Part shown: positions 26,701 to 41,322 of the stretch, piece by piece
How positions within the stretch are numbered: the stretch's first letter is position 1
How the letters are laid out: every line of letters begins with the position of its first letter
From: Eledone cirrhosa
Lineage: Eukaryota
Direction: 5' to 3'
Length of the DNA stretch: 64,000 nt
Assembly (NCBI GenBank): GCA_964016885.1
Contig: OZ024741.1
Coordinates: 9,362,001-9,426,000, forward strand
Notes under the pieces: model-generated
What the model saw: only the letters and a program-made list of their open reading frames with translations
Databases searched by the model: none
Told to the model about the DNA's origin: nothing
Position numbers and translations under genes: made by a program

Positions 26701-29700
26701 AAAGATATCAGAGTGTTGAAACTAAAGGTATAACAGTTTTGAAACTAAAGGTACCACAGTGTTGAAACTAAAGATGCCACTATGTTGTAACTATTTGTAC
26801 GACAGTGTTGAAAGTAAAGGTATCAGAATGTTGAAACTAAAGGTACCACAGTGTTGAAAATAAAGTAACCACAAGGTTGTAATTAAAGGTACCACTGTGT
26901 TGAAACTAAAGGTATCAGAAGTTTGTAACTAAAGTTACCACAATGTTGAAACTAAAGGTACCACAGTGTTGAAAATAAAGATAGCACAGTGTTGAAACTA
27001 AAGGTACCACAGTTTTGAAAATAAAGGTACCACAAGGTTGTAATTAAAGGTACCACTGTGTTGGAACTAAAGATACCACAATGTTGTAACTAAATGTACC
27101 ACAGTGTTGAAACTAAATGTATCAGAATGTTGAAACTAAAGGTACCACAGTGTTGAAAATAAAGGTACCACAATGTTGTAACTAAATGTACCACAGTGTT
27201 GTAACTAAAGGTACCACAGTGTTGAAACTAAAGGTATCAGAATGTTGTAACAAAAGATACCACAATGTTGAAACTAAAGGTAGCATAGTGATGTAACTAA
27301 AGGTACCATAGTGTTGAAACGAAACGTACCACAGTGTTGAAACTGAAGGTACCACAGTGTTGTAACTAAAGGTACGACAGTGTTGTACCTAAAAGTACCA
27401 CAGTGTTGAAACTAAAGATACCACAGTGTTGAAACTAAAGGAACCACAGTGTTGAAACTAAAAGTACCACAGTGTGGAAACTAAAGGAACCACAGTATTG
27501 AAACTAAAGGTGCCACAGTGTTGAAACTAAAGATATAACAGTTTTGAAACTAAATGTACCATAGTGTTGAAACGAAAGGTACCACAGTGTTGAAACTGAA
27601 GGTACCACAGTGTTGTAACTATAGGTACCACAGTGTTGAAACTAAAGATACCACAATGTTGTAACTAAATGTACCACAGTTTTGAAACTAAAGGTATCAG
27701 AATGTTGAAACTAATGGTACGACAGTGTTGAAACTAAATGTACCACCGTGTTGTAACTAAAGGTACCACTGTGTTGAAACTAAAGGTATCAGAAGTTTGT
27801 AACTAAGGTTACCACAATGTTGTAACTAAAGGTACCACAGTGTTGAAACTAAAGGTACCACAGTGTTGTAACTAAATGTGCCACAGTGCTGAAACTAAAG
27901 GTAGCACAGTGTTGAAATTTAAGGTACCACATTGTTGAAACTAAATGTGCCACAGTGTTGAAACTAAAGATATCAGAGTGTTGAAACTAAAGGTATAACA
28001 GTTTTGAAACTAAAGGTACCACAGTGTTGAAACTAAAGGTACCACAGTGTTGAAACTAAAGGTATCAGAATGTTGTAACTAAAGGTACCACAGTGTTGAA
28101 ACTAAAGGTACCACAGTGTTGAAAATAAAGGTAGCACAGTGTTGAAACAAAAGGTACCACAGTGTTGAAAATAACGGTAGCACAATGTTGCAACTAGAGG
28201 TATCAGAATGTTGTAACTAAAGGTACCACAGTGTTGAAACTAAAGGTACCACAGTGTTGAAACTAAATGTAACACTGTTGTAACTAAAGTACCACAATGT
28301 TGAAACTAAAGATACCACATTGTTGAAACTAAAGGTACCAAAGTGTTGAAACTAAAGGTACCGCAGTGTTGTAACTAGAGGTACCACAGTATTGAAACTA
28401 AAGATAACACAATGTTGTAACTAAATGTACCACAGTGGTGAAACTAAAGATGCCACAGTGTTGAAACTAAAGGAACCACAGTATTGAAACTAAAGGTGCC
28501 ACTGTGTAGAAACTAAAGATATCAGAGTGTTGAAACTAAAGGTATAACAGTTTTGAAACTAAAGCTACCACAGTGTTGAAACTAAAGGAACCACAGTGTT
28601 GAAACTAAAAGTACTACAGTGTGGAAACTAAAGGAACTACAGTATTGAAACTAAAGGTGCCACAGTGTTGAAACTAAAGATATCAGAGTGTTGAAACTAA
28701 AGGTATAACAGTTTTGAAACTAAAGGTACCACAGTGTTGAAACTAAAGATGCCACTATGTTGTAACTATTTGTACGACAGTGTTGAAAGTAAAGGTATCA
28801 GAATGTTGAAACTAAAGGTACCACAGTGTTGAAAATAAAGTAACCACAAGGTTGTAATTAAAGGTACCACTGTGTTGAAAGTAAAGGTATCAGAAGTTTG
28901 TAACTAAAGTTACCACAATGTTGAAACTAAAGGTACCACAGTGTTGAAAATAAAGATAGCACAGTGTTGAAACTAAAGGTACCACAGTTTTGAAAATAAA
29001 GGTACCACAAGGTTGTAATTAAAGGTACCACTGTGTTGGAACTAAAGATACCACAATGTTGTAACTAAATGTACCACAGTGTTGAAACTAAATGTATCAG
29101 AATGTTGAAACTAAAGGTACCACAGTGTTGAAAATAAAGGTACCACAATGTTGTAACTAAATGTACCACAGTGTTGTAACTAAAGGTACCACAGTGTTGA
29201 AACTAAAGGTATCAGAATGTTGTAACTAAAGATACCACAATGTTGAAACTAAAGGTAGCATAGTGATGTAACTAAAGGTACCATAGTGTTGAAACGAAAC
29301 GTACCACAGTGTTGAAACTGAAGGTACCACAGTGTTGTAACTAAAGGTACGACAGTGTTGTACCTAAAAGTACCACAGTGTTGAAACTAAAGATACCACA
29401 GTGTTGAAACTAAAGGAACCACAGTGTTGAAACTAAAAGTACCACAGTGTGGAAACTAAAGGAACCACAGTATTGAAACTAAAGGTGCCACAGTGTTGAA
29501 ACTAAAGATATAACAGTTTTGAAACTAAATGTACCATAGTGTTGAAACGAAAGGTACCACAGTGTTGAAACTGAAGGTACCACAGTGTTGTAACTATAGG
29601 TACCACAGTGTTGAAACTAAAGATACCACAATGTTGTAACTAAATGTACCACAGTTTTGAAACTAAAGGTATCAGAATGTTGAAACTAATGGTACGACAG

Positions 29701-32700
29701 TGTTGAAACTAAATGTACCACCGTGTTGTAACTAAAGGTACCACTGTGTTGAAACTAAAGGTATCAGAAGTTTGTAACTAAGGTTACCACAATGTTGTAA
29801 CTAAAGGTACCACAGTGTTGAAACTAAAGGTACCACAGTGTTGTAACTAAATGTGCCACAGTGCTGAAACTAAAGGTAGCACAGTGTTGAAATTTAAGGT
29901 ACCACATTGTTGAAACTAAATGTGCCACAGTGTTGAAACTAAAGATATCAGAGTGTTGAAACTAAAGGTATAACAGTTTTGAAACTAAAGGTACCACAGT
30001 GTTGAAACTAAAGGTACCACAGTGTTGAAACTAAAGGTATCAGAATGTTGTAACTAAAGGTACCACAGTGTTGAAACTAAAGGTACCACAGTGTTGAAAC
30101 TAATGGTAACAGAGTGTTGAAACTAAAGGTACCACAGTGTTGAAACTAAATGTAACACTGTTGTAACTAAAGTACCACAATGTTGAAACTAAAGATACCA
30201 CATTGTTGAAACTAAAGGTACCAAAGTGTTGAAACTAAAGGTACCGCAGTGTTGTAACTAGAGGTACCACAGTATTGAAACTAAAGATAACACAATGTTG
30301 TAACTAAATGTACCACAGTGTTGAAACTAAAGGTGTCAGAATGTTGAAACTAATGGCACGACAGTGTTGAAACTAAATGTACCACAGTGTTGTAACTAAA
30401 GGTACCACTGTGTTGAAACTAAAGGTAGCACAGTGTTTAAACTGAAGGTACCACAGAGTTGTAACTAAAGGTACCACAGTGATGTAACTAAAGGTACCAC
30501 AGTGGTGAAACTAAAGATACCACAGTGTTGAAACTAAAGGAACCACAGTATTGAAACTAAAGGTGCCACTGTGTAGAAACTAAAGATATCAGAGTGTTGA
30601 AACTAAAGGTATAACAGTTTTGAAACTAAGGCTACCACAGTGTTGAAACTAAAGGTACCACAGTGTTGAAACTACAGGTACGACAGTGTTGTAACTAAAG
30701 GTACCACAGTGTTGAAACTAAAGATACCACAGTGTTGAAACTAAAGGAACCACAGTGTTGAAACTAAAAGTACTACAGTGTGGAAACTAAAGGAACTACA
30801 GTATTGAAACTAAAGGTGCCACAGTGTTGAAACTAAAGATATCAGAGTGTTGAAACTAAAGGTATAACAGTTTTGAAAATAAAGGTACCACAGTGTTGAA
30901 ACTAAAGATACCACTATGTTGTAACTAAATGTACCACAGTGTTGAAAGTAAAGGTATCAGAATGTTGAAACTAATGGTACGACAGTGTTGAAACTAAATG
31001 TACCACAGTGTTCTAACTAAAAGTACCACTGTGTTGAAACTAAAGGTAGCAGAGTGTTTAAACTGAAGGTACCACAGAGTTGTAAGTAAAGGAACCACAG
31101 TATTGAAACTAAAGGTGCCACTGTGTAGAAACTAAAGATATCAGAGTGTTGAAACTAAAGGTATAACAGTTTTGAAACTAAAGCTACCACAGTGTTGAAA
31201 CTAAAGGTACCACAGTGTTGAAACTAAAGGTACAACAGTGTTGTAACTAAAGGTACCACAGTGTTGAAACTAAAGATACCACAGTGTTGAAACTAAAGGA
31301 ACCACAGTGTTGAAACTAAAAGTACTACAGTGTGGAAACTAAAGGAACTACAGTATTGAAACTAAAGGTGCCATAGTGTTGAAACTAAAGATATCAGAGT
31401 GTTGAAACTAAAGGTATAACAGTTTTGAAACTAAAGGTACCACAGTGTTGAAACTAAAGATGCCACTATGTTGTAACTATTTGTACGACAGTGTTGAAAG
31501 TAAAGGTATCAGAATGTTGAAACTAAAGGTACCACAGTGTTGAAAATAAAGTAACCACAAGGTTGTAATTAAAGGTACCACTGTGTTGAAACTAAAGGTA
31601 TCAGAAGTTTGTAACTAAAGTTACCACAATGTTGAAACTAAAGGTACCACAGTGTTGAAAATAAAGATAGCACAGTGTTGAAACTAAAGGTACCACAGTT
31701 TTGAAAATAAAGGTACCACAAGGTTGTAATTAAAGGTACCACTGTGTTGGAACTAAAGATACCACAATGTTGTAACTAAATGTACCACAGTGTTGAAACT
31801 AAATGTATCAGAATGTTGAAACTAAAGGTACCACAGTGTTGAAAATAAAGGTACCACAATGTTGTAACTAAATGTACCACAGTGTTGTAACTAAAGGTAC
31901 CACAGTGTTGAAACTAAAGGTATCAGAATGTTGTAACAAAAGATACCACAATGTTGAAACTAAAGGTAGCATAGTGATGTAACTAAAGGTACCATAGTGT
32001 TGAAACGAAACGTACCACAGTGTTGAAACTGAAGGTACCACAGTGTTGTAACTAAAGGTACGACAGTGTTGTACCTAAAAGTACCACAGTGTTGAAACTA
32101 AAGATACCACAGTGTTGAAACTAAAGGAACCACAGTGTTGAAACTAAAAGTACCACAGTGTGGAAACTAAAGGAACCACAGTATTGAAACTAAAGGTGCC
32201 ACAGTGTTGAAACTAAAGATATAACAGTTTTGAAACTAAATGTACCATAGTGTTGAAACGAAAGGTACCACAGTGTTGAAACTGAAGGTACCACAGTGTT
32301 GTAACTATAGGTACCACAGTGTTGAAACTAAAGATACCACAATGTTGTAACTAAATGTACCACAGTTTTGAAACTAAAGGTATCAGAATGTTGAAACTAA
32401 TGGTACGACAGTGTTGAAACTAAATGTACCACCGTGTTGTAACTAAAGGTACCACTGTGTTGAAACTAAAGGTATCAGAAGTTTGTAACTAAGGTTACCA
32501 CAATGTTGTAACTAAAGGTACCACAGTGTTGAAACTAAAGGTACCACAGTGTTGTAACTAAATGTGCCACAGTGCTGAAACTAAAGGTAGCACAGTGTTG
32601 AAATTTAAGGTACCACATTGTTGAAACTAAATGTGCCACAGTGTTGAAACTAAAGATATCAGAGTGTTGAAACTAAAGGTATAACAGTTTTGAAACTAAA

Positions 32701-33123
32701 GGTACCACAGTGTTGAAACTAAAGGTACCACAGTGTTGAAATTAAAGGTATCAGAATGTTGTAACTAAAGGTACCACAGTGTTGAAACTAAAGGTACCAC
32801 AGTGTTGAAAATAAAGGTAGCACAGTGTTGAAACAAAAGGTACCACAGTGTTGAAAATAACGGTAGCACAATGTTGCAACTAGAGGTATCAGAATGTTGT
32901 AACTAAAGGTACCACAGTGTTGAAACTAAAGGTACCACAGTGTTGAAACTAAATGTAACACTGTTGTAACTAAAGTACCACAATGTTGAAACTAAAGATA
33001 CCACATTGTTGAAACTAAAGGTACCAAAGTGTTGAAACTAAAGGTACCGCAGTGTTGTAACTAGAGGTACCACAGTATTGAAACTAAAGATAACACAATG
33101 TTGTAACTAAATGTACCACAGTG
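23741..33123 (+). repeat. Tandem duplication, period 4686 bp (204 monomers), 2 copies
   Basis: GGTGAAACTAAAGATGCC at 23751/28437 and TTCTAACTAAAAG at 26325/31011. 4686 = 204x23-6, matching two 3-bp-deleted dimers per copy. One difference seen (28056 C / 32742 T). Confidence 0.93.
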
Positions 33124-36100
33124 TTGAAACTAAAGGTGTCAGAATGTTGAAACTAATGGCACGACAGTGTTGAAACTAAATGTACCACAGTGTTGTAACT
33201 AAAGGTACCACTGTGTTGAAACTAAAGGTAGCACAGTGTTTAAACTGAAGGTACCACAGAGTTGTAACTAAAGGTACCACAGTGTTGTAACTAAAGGTAC
33301 CACAGTGGTGAAACTAAAGATACCACAGTGTTGAAACTAAAGGAACCACAGTATTGAAACTAAAGGTGCCACTGTGTAGAAACTAAAGATATCAGAGTGT
33401 TGAAACTAAAGGTATAACAGTTTTGAAACTAAAGCTACCACAGTGTTGAAACTAAAGGTACCACAGTGTTGAAACTAAAGGTACGACAGTGTTGTAACTA
33501 AAGGTACCACAGTGTTGAAACTAAAGATACCACAGTGTTGAAACTAAAGGAACCACAGTGTTGAAACTAAAAGTACTACAGTGTGGAAACTAAAGGAACT
33601 ACAGTATTGAAACTAAAGGTGCCACAGTGTTGAAACTAAAGATATCAGAGTGTTGAAACTAAAGGTATAACAGTTTTGAAAATAAAGGTACCACAGTGTT
33701 GAAACTAAAGATACCACTATGTTGTAACTAAATGTACCACAGTGTTGAAAGTAAAGGTATCAGAATGTTGAAACTAAAGGTACCACAGTGTTGAAAATAA
33801 AGTAACCACAAGGTTGTAATTAAAGGTACCACTGTGTTGAAACTAAAGATATCAGAAGTTTGTAACTAAAGTTACCACAATGTTGAAACTAAAGGTACCA
33901 CAGTGTTGAAAATAAAGATAGCACAGTGTTGAAACTAAAGATACCACAGTGTTGTAACTAAATGTACCACAGTTTTGAAACTAAAGGTATCAGAATGTTG
34001 AAGCTAAAGGTACCACAGTGTTGGTTGAAAATAAAGGTACCACAATATTGTAACTAAATGTACCACAGTGTTGTAACTAAAGGTACCACAGTGTTGAAAC
34101 TAAATGTACCACAGTGTTGTAACTAAAGGTACCACAGTGTTGAAACTAAAGGTATCAGAATGTTGTAACTAAAGATACCACAATGTTGAAACTAAAGGTA
34201 GAACAGTGTTGAAATTTAAGGTACCACAGTTTTGAAAATAAAGGTACCACAAGGTTGTAATTAAAGGTACCACTGTGGTGGAACTAAAGATACCACAATG
34301 TTGTAACTAAATGCACCACAGTGTTGAAACTAAATGTATCAGTATGTTGAAACTAAAGGTACCACAGTGATGAAAATAAATGTACCACAATGTTGTAACT
34401 AAATGTACCACAGTGTTGTAACTAAAGGTACCACAGTGTTGAAACTAAATGTACCACAGTGTTGTAACTAAAGGTACCACAGTGTTGAATTTAAAGGTAC
34501 CATAGTGTTGAAACTAAAGGTATCAGAGTGTTGTAGCTAAAGGTATCACAGTGTTGAAAATAAAGGTACCACAATGTTGAAACTAAAGGAACCATAGTGA
34601 TGTAACTAAAGGTACCATAGAGTTGAAACTAAAGGTACCACAGTGTTGAAACTAATGATATCAGAGTGTTGAAACTAAAGGTATAACAGTTTTTAAACTA
34701 AAGGTACCACAGTGATGTAACTAAATGTACCAGAGTGTTGAAACTAAAGGTACCACAGTGTTGAAACTAAAGGTACCACATTGTTGAAACTAAAGGAATC
34801 AGAATGTTGTAACTAAAGGTACCACAGTGTTGAAACTAAAGGTACCACAGTGTTGAAACTAAAGGTATCAGTATGTTGTAACTAAATGTACCACAGTCTT
34901 GAAACTAAAGGTACCACAGTTTTGAAAATAAAGGTAGCACAGTGTTGAAACTAAAGGAATCAGAATGTTGTAACTGAAGGAACCACAGTGTTGAAACTAA
35001 AGGTACTACAGTGTTGAAACTAAAGGTATCAGAATGTTGTAACTAAAGGTACCACAGTGTTGAAACTAAAGGTACCAGAGTGTTGAAACTAAAGGTACCA
35101 AAGTGTTGAAACTAAAGGTATCAGAATGGTGTAACTAAACGTACCACAGTGTTGAAACTAAAGGTACCACAGTGTTGAAACTAAAGGTATCAGAATGTTG
35201 TAACTAAAGGTACCACAGTGTTGAAACTAAAGGGAACACTGTGTTAAAATAGAGGTAGCACAGTGTTGAAACTAAAGGTACCACAGTGTTGAAACTAATG
35301 GTAACAGAGTGTTGAAACTAAAGATACCACAGTGTTGAAACTAAAGGTAACACAGTGTTGTAACTAAAGGTACCACAATGTTGAAATTAAAGATACCACA
35401 TTGTTGAAACTAAAGTTACCACAGTGTTGCAACTAAAGGTACCACAGTGTTGTAACTAGAGGTACCACAGTGTTGAAACTAAAGATAGCACAATGTTGTA
35501 ACTAAAAGTACCACAGTGTTGAAACTAAAGGTATCACAGTGTTGAAGCTAAAGGTACCACAGTGATGTAACTAAATGTACCACAATGTTGAAACTAAATA
35601 TACCACAATGTTGTAACTAAAGGTACCACAGTGTTGAAACTAAAGGTATCAGAATGTTGAAACTAAAGGTGCCACAGTGATCTAACTAAAGGTTCCACAG
35701 TGTTGAAACTAAAGATACCACAATGTTGTAACTAAATGTACCACAGTTTTGAAACTAAAGGTATCAGAATGTTGAAACTAAAGGTACCACAGTGTTGAAA
35801 CTAAAGATACCACAATGTTGTAACTAAATGTACCACAGTTTTGAAATTAAAGGTATCAGAATGTTGAAGATAAAGGTACCACAGTGTTGGTTGAAAATAA
35901 AGGTACCACAATATTGTAACTAAAGGTACCACAGTGTTGAAACTAAAGGTACCACAGTGTTGTAACTTAATGTGCCACAGTGCTGAAACTAAATGTAGCA
36001 CAGTGTTGAAATTTAAGGTACCACAGTGTTGAAACTAATTGTGCCACAGTGTTGAAACTAAAGATATCAGAGTGTTGAAACAAAAGGTATAACAGTTTTG

Positions 36101-36745
36101 AAACTAAAGGTACCACAGTGTTGAAACTAAAGGTACCACATTGTTGAAACTAAAAGTATAACAGTTTTTAAACTAAAGATACCACAGTGATGTAACACAA
36201 TGTACCAGAGTGTTGAAACTAAAGGTACCACAGTGTTGAAACTAAAGGTACCACAGTGTTGAAACTAAAGGTATCAGAATGTTGTAACTAAAGGTAGCAC
36301 AGTGTTGAAACTAAAGGTACCACAGTGTTGAAACTAAAGGTATCAGAATGTTGTAACTAAAGGTACCACAGTGTTGAAACTAAACGTAACACAGTGTTGA
36401 AATTAAAGGTACCGCAGTGTTGTAACTGGAGATACCACAGTATTGAAACTAAAGATACCACAATGTTGTCACTAAATGTACCACAGTGTTGAAACTAAAG
36501 GTATCAGAATGTTGAAGCTAAATGTACCACAGTGTTTAAACTAAATGAACCACAGTGTTGTAACTAAATGTGCCACAGTGCTGAAACTAAATGTAGCACA
36601 GTGTTGAAATTTAAGGTACCACAGTGTTGAAACTAAAGGTACCGCAGTGTTGTAACTAGAGGTACCACAGTATTGAAACTAAAGATACACAATGTTGTAA
36701 CTAAATGTACCACAGTGTTGAAACTAAAGGTATCAGAATGTTGAT

Positions 36746-39700
36746 ACTAAAGGTACCACAGTGTTGAAACTAAATGTACCACCATTTTGTAACTAAAGGT
36801 ACGACAGTGTTGAAACTAAATATACCACAGTGTTGTAACTAAAGGTACCACAGTGTTGAAACTAAAGGTACCACAGTGTTGTAACTAGAGATACCACAGT
36901 GTTGAAACTAAAGGTACCACATTGTTGAAACTTAAGGTATAACAGTTTTTAAACTAAAGGTACCACAGTGATGTAACTAAATTTACCAGAGTGTTGAAAC
37001 TAAAGGTACCACATTGTTGAAATTAAAGGTATCAGAATGTTGTAACTAAAGGTACCACAGTGTTGAAACTAAAGGTACCACAGTGTTGAAACTAAAGGTA
37101 TCAGAATGTTGTAACTGAAGGTACCACAGTGTTGAAACTAAAGGTACCACAGTGTTGAAAATAAAGGTTGCACAGTGTTGAAACTAAAGGTATCAGAAAG
37201 TTGTAACTAAAGGTACCACAGTGTTGAAACGAAAGGTACCACAGTGTTGAAACGAAAGGTACCACAGTGTTGAAACTAAAGGTACCACAGTGTTGAAACT
37301 AAACGTACCAGACTGTTGAAACTAAAGGTACCAAAGTGCTGTAACTAAATGTACCTCAATGTTGAAACTAAATGTATCAAAATATTGAAACTAAAGGTAC
37401 CACAGTTTTGAAACTAAAGGTACCACAGTGTTGAAACTAAAGGTACCACACTGTTGAAACTAAAGGTACCACAGTGTTGAAACTAAAGATATCAGAATAT
37501 TGTAACTAAAGGTACCACATTGTGGAAACTAAAGGTACCACAATGTTGTAACGAAAGGTACCACAGTGTTGAAACTAAGGATACCACAGTGTTGAAACTA
37601 AAGGTATCAGAATGTTGTAACTAAAGGTTCCACAATGTTGAAAATAAAATGTACCAGAGTGTTGAAACTAAAGCTACCACAGTGTTGAAACTAAAGGTTT
37701 CATAATGTCGTAACTAAAGGTACCACAGTGTTGAATTTAAAGGTACCATAGTGTTGAAACTAAAGGTATCAGAGTGTTGTAGCTAAAGGTACCACAGTGT
37801 TGAAAATAAAGGTACCACATTGTTGAAACTAAAGGAACCATAGTGATGTAACTAAAGGTACCATAGAGTTGAAAGTAAAGGTACCACAGTGTTGAAACTA
37901 ATGATATCAGAGTGTTGAAACTAAAGGTATAACAGTTTTTAAACTAAAGGTACCACAGTGATGTAACTAAATGTTCCAGAGTGTTGAAACTAAAGGTGCC
38001 ACAGTGTTGAAACTAAAGGTACCACATTGTTGAAACTAAAGGTATCAGAATGTTGTAACTAAAGGTACCACAGTGTTGAAACTAAAGGTACCAGAGTGTT
38101 GAAACTAAAGGTACCACAGTGTTGAAACTAAAGGTATCAGAATGTTGTAACTAAAGGTACCACAGTGTTGAAACTAAAGGGACCACAGTGTTGAAACTAA
38201 TGGTAACAGAGTGTTGAAACTAAAGGTACCACAGTGTTGAAACTAAAGGTAACGCAGTGTTGTAACTAAAGGTACCACAATGTTGAAACTAAAGATACCA
38301 CATTGTTGAAACTAAAGGTACCAAATTGTTCAAACTAAAGGTACCGCAGTGCTGTAACTAGAGGTACCACAGTATTGAAACTAAAGGTACCATAATGTTG
38401 TAACTAAATGTACCACAGTGTTGAAACTAAAGGTATCAGAATGTTGAAACTAAAGGTACCACAGTGTTGAAACTAAAGGTACCACAATGGTGTAACTAGA
38501 GGTACGACAGTGTTGAAACTAAATGTACCACATTGTTGTAACTAAAGGTACCACAGTGTTGAAACTAAATGTACCACCATTTTGTAACTAAAGGTACGAC
38601 AGTGTTGAAACTAAATATACCACAGTGTTGTAACTAAAGGTACCACAGTGTTGAAACTAAAGGTACCACAGTGTTGTAACTAGAGATACCACAGTGTTGA
38701 AACTAAAGGTACCACATTGTTGAAACTTAAGGTATAACAGTTTTTAAACTAAAGGTACCACAGTGATGTAACTAAATTTACCAGAGTGTTGAAACTAAAG
38801 GTACCACATTGTTGAAACTAAAGGTATCAGAATGTTGTAACTAAAGGTACCACAGTGTTGAAACTAAAGGTACCACAGTGTTGAAACTAAAGGTATCAGA
38901 ATGTTGTAACTGAAGGTACCACAGTGTTGAAACTAAAGGTACCACAGTGTTGAAAATAAAGGTTGCACAGTGTTGAAACTAAAGGTATCAGAAAGTTGTA
39001 ACTAAAGGTACCACAGTGTTGAAACGAAAGGTACCACAGTGTTGAAACGAAAGGTACCACAGTGTTGAAACTAAAGGTACCACAGTGTTGAAACTAAACG
39101 TACCAGACTGTTGAAACTAAAGGTACCAAAGTGCTGTAACTAAATGTACCTCAATGTTGAAACTAAATGTATCAAAATATTGAAACTAAAGGTACCACAG
39201 TTTTGAAACTAAAGGTACCACAGTGTTGAAACTAAAGGTACCACACTGTTGAAACTAAAGGTACCACAGTGTTGAAACTAAAGATATCAGAATATTGTAA
39301 CTAAAGGTACCACATTGTGGAAACTAAAGGTACCACAATGTTGTAACGAAAGGTACCACAGTGTTGAAACTAAGGATACCACAGTGTTGAAACTAAAGGT
39401 ATCAGAATGTTGTAACTAAAGGTTCCACAATGTTGAAAATAAAATGTACCAGAGTGTTGAAACTAAAGCTACCACAGTGTTGAAACTAAAGGTTTCATAA
39501 TGTCGTAACTAAAGGTACCACAGTGTTGAATTTAAAGGTACCATAGTGTTGAAACTAAAGGTATCAGAGTGTTGTAGCTAAAGGTACCACAGTGTTGAAA
39601 ATAAAGGTACCACATTGTTGAAACTAAAGGAACCATAGTGATGTAACTAAAGGTACCATAGAGTTGAAAGTAAAGGTACCACAGTGTTGAAACTAATGAT

Positions 39701-40364
39701 ATCAGAGTGTTGAAACTAAAGGTATAACAGTTTTTAAACTAAAGGTACCACAGTGATGTAACTAAATGTTCCAGAGTGTTGAAACTAAAGGTGCCACAGT
39801 GTTGAAACTAAAGGTACCACATTGTTGAAACTAAAGGTATCAGAATGTTGTAACTAAAGGTACCACAGTGTTGAAACTAAAGGTACCAGAGTGTTGAAAC
39901 TAAAGGTACCACAGTGTTGAAACTAAAGGTATCAGAATGTTGTAACTAAAGGTACCACAGTGTTGAAACTAAAGGGACCACAGTGTTGAAACTAATGGTA
40001 ACAGAGTGTTGAAACTAAAGGTACCACAGTGTTGAAACTAAAGGTAACGCAGTGTTGTAACTAAATGTACCACAATGTTGAAACTAAAGATACCACATTG
40101 TTGAAACTAAAGGTACCAAATTGTTCAAACTAAAGGTACCGCAGTGCTGTAACTAGAGGTACCACAGTATTGAAACTAAAGGTACCATAATGTTGTAACT
40201 AAATGTACCACAGTGTTGAAACTAAAGGTATCAGAATGTTGAAACTAAAGGTACCACAGTGTTGAAACTAAAGGTACCACAATGGTGTAACTAGAGGTAC
40301 GACAGTGTTGAAACTAAATGTACCACATTGTTGTAACTAAAGGTACCACAGTGTTGAAACTAAA
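36746..40364 (+). repeat. Tandem duplication, period 1795 bp (78 monomers, one 24-bp), 2 copies
   Basis: ACCATTTTGT at 36781/38576 and GACTGTTG at 37311/39106. 1795 = 78x23+1. Two substitutions noticed between copies. Confidence 0.92.
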
Positions 40365-41322
40365 GGTACCACAGTGTTGTAAGTAGAGGTACCACAGTGT
40401 TGAAACTAAAGATACCACAAGGTCGTAAATAAAGTACCCCAGTGTTGAAACTAAAGGTATCACAGTGTTGAAACTAAAGGTACCACAGTGATCTAACTAA
40501 AGGTACCACAGTGTTGAAATTAAGGGTACCACAGTGTTGAAACTAAATCTACCACAGTGTTGAAACTAAGCGTACCACAGTGTTGAAACTAAAGGTAACA
40601 CAGTGATGTAACTAAATGTACCACAATGTTGAAACTAAAGATACCAGAATGTTGTAACTAAAGGTACCACAGTGTTGAAACTAAAGGTATCAGAATGTTG
40701 AAACTAAAGGTGCCACAGTATTGTAACTAGAGGAACCACAGTGCTGAAACTAAAGATACTACAATGTTGTAACTAAATGTACCACAGTGTTGAAACTAAA
40801 GGTTACACAGTGTTGTAACTAAAGGTACCACAGTGATCTAACTAAAGGTTCCACAGTGTTGAAACTAAGGGTACCACAGTGTTGAAACTAAACGTACCAC
40901 AGTGTTGAAACTAAACGTAACACAGTGTTGAACTTAAAGGTACCGCAGTGTTGTAACTAGAGGTACCACAGTATTGAAACTAAAGATACCACAATGTTGT
41001 AACTAAATGTACCACAGTGTTGAAACTAAAGGTATCAGAATGTTGAAACTAAAGGTACCACAGTTTTGAAACTAAAGATACCACAATGTTGAAGCTAAAG
41101 GTACCACAGTGTTGGTTGAAAATAAAGGTACCACAATATTGTAACTAAAGGTACCACAGTGATCTAACTAAAGGTACCACATTGTTGAAATTAAAGGTAC
41201 CACAGTGATGTAACTAAATGTACCAGAGCGTTGAAACTAAAGGTACCACAGTTTTGTTACTAGAGGAACCAAAGTGTTGAAACTAAAGATACCACAATGT
41301 TGTAACTAAATGAACCACAGCC

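Noticed and set aside
35801-36001. 66-aa minus-strand ORF
   Set aside because: It is translated satellite. Since 23 is not a multiple of 3, each frame normally meets the monomer's stop (TAA on +, TAG on -) within 69 bp. This ORF survives only through the 4-bp insertion and a few stop-removing variants.
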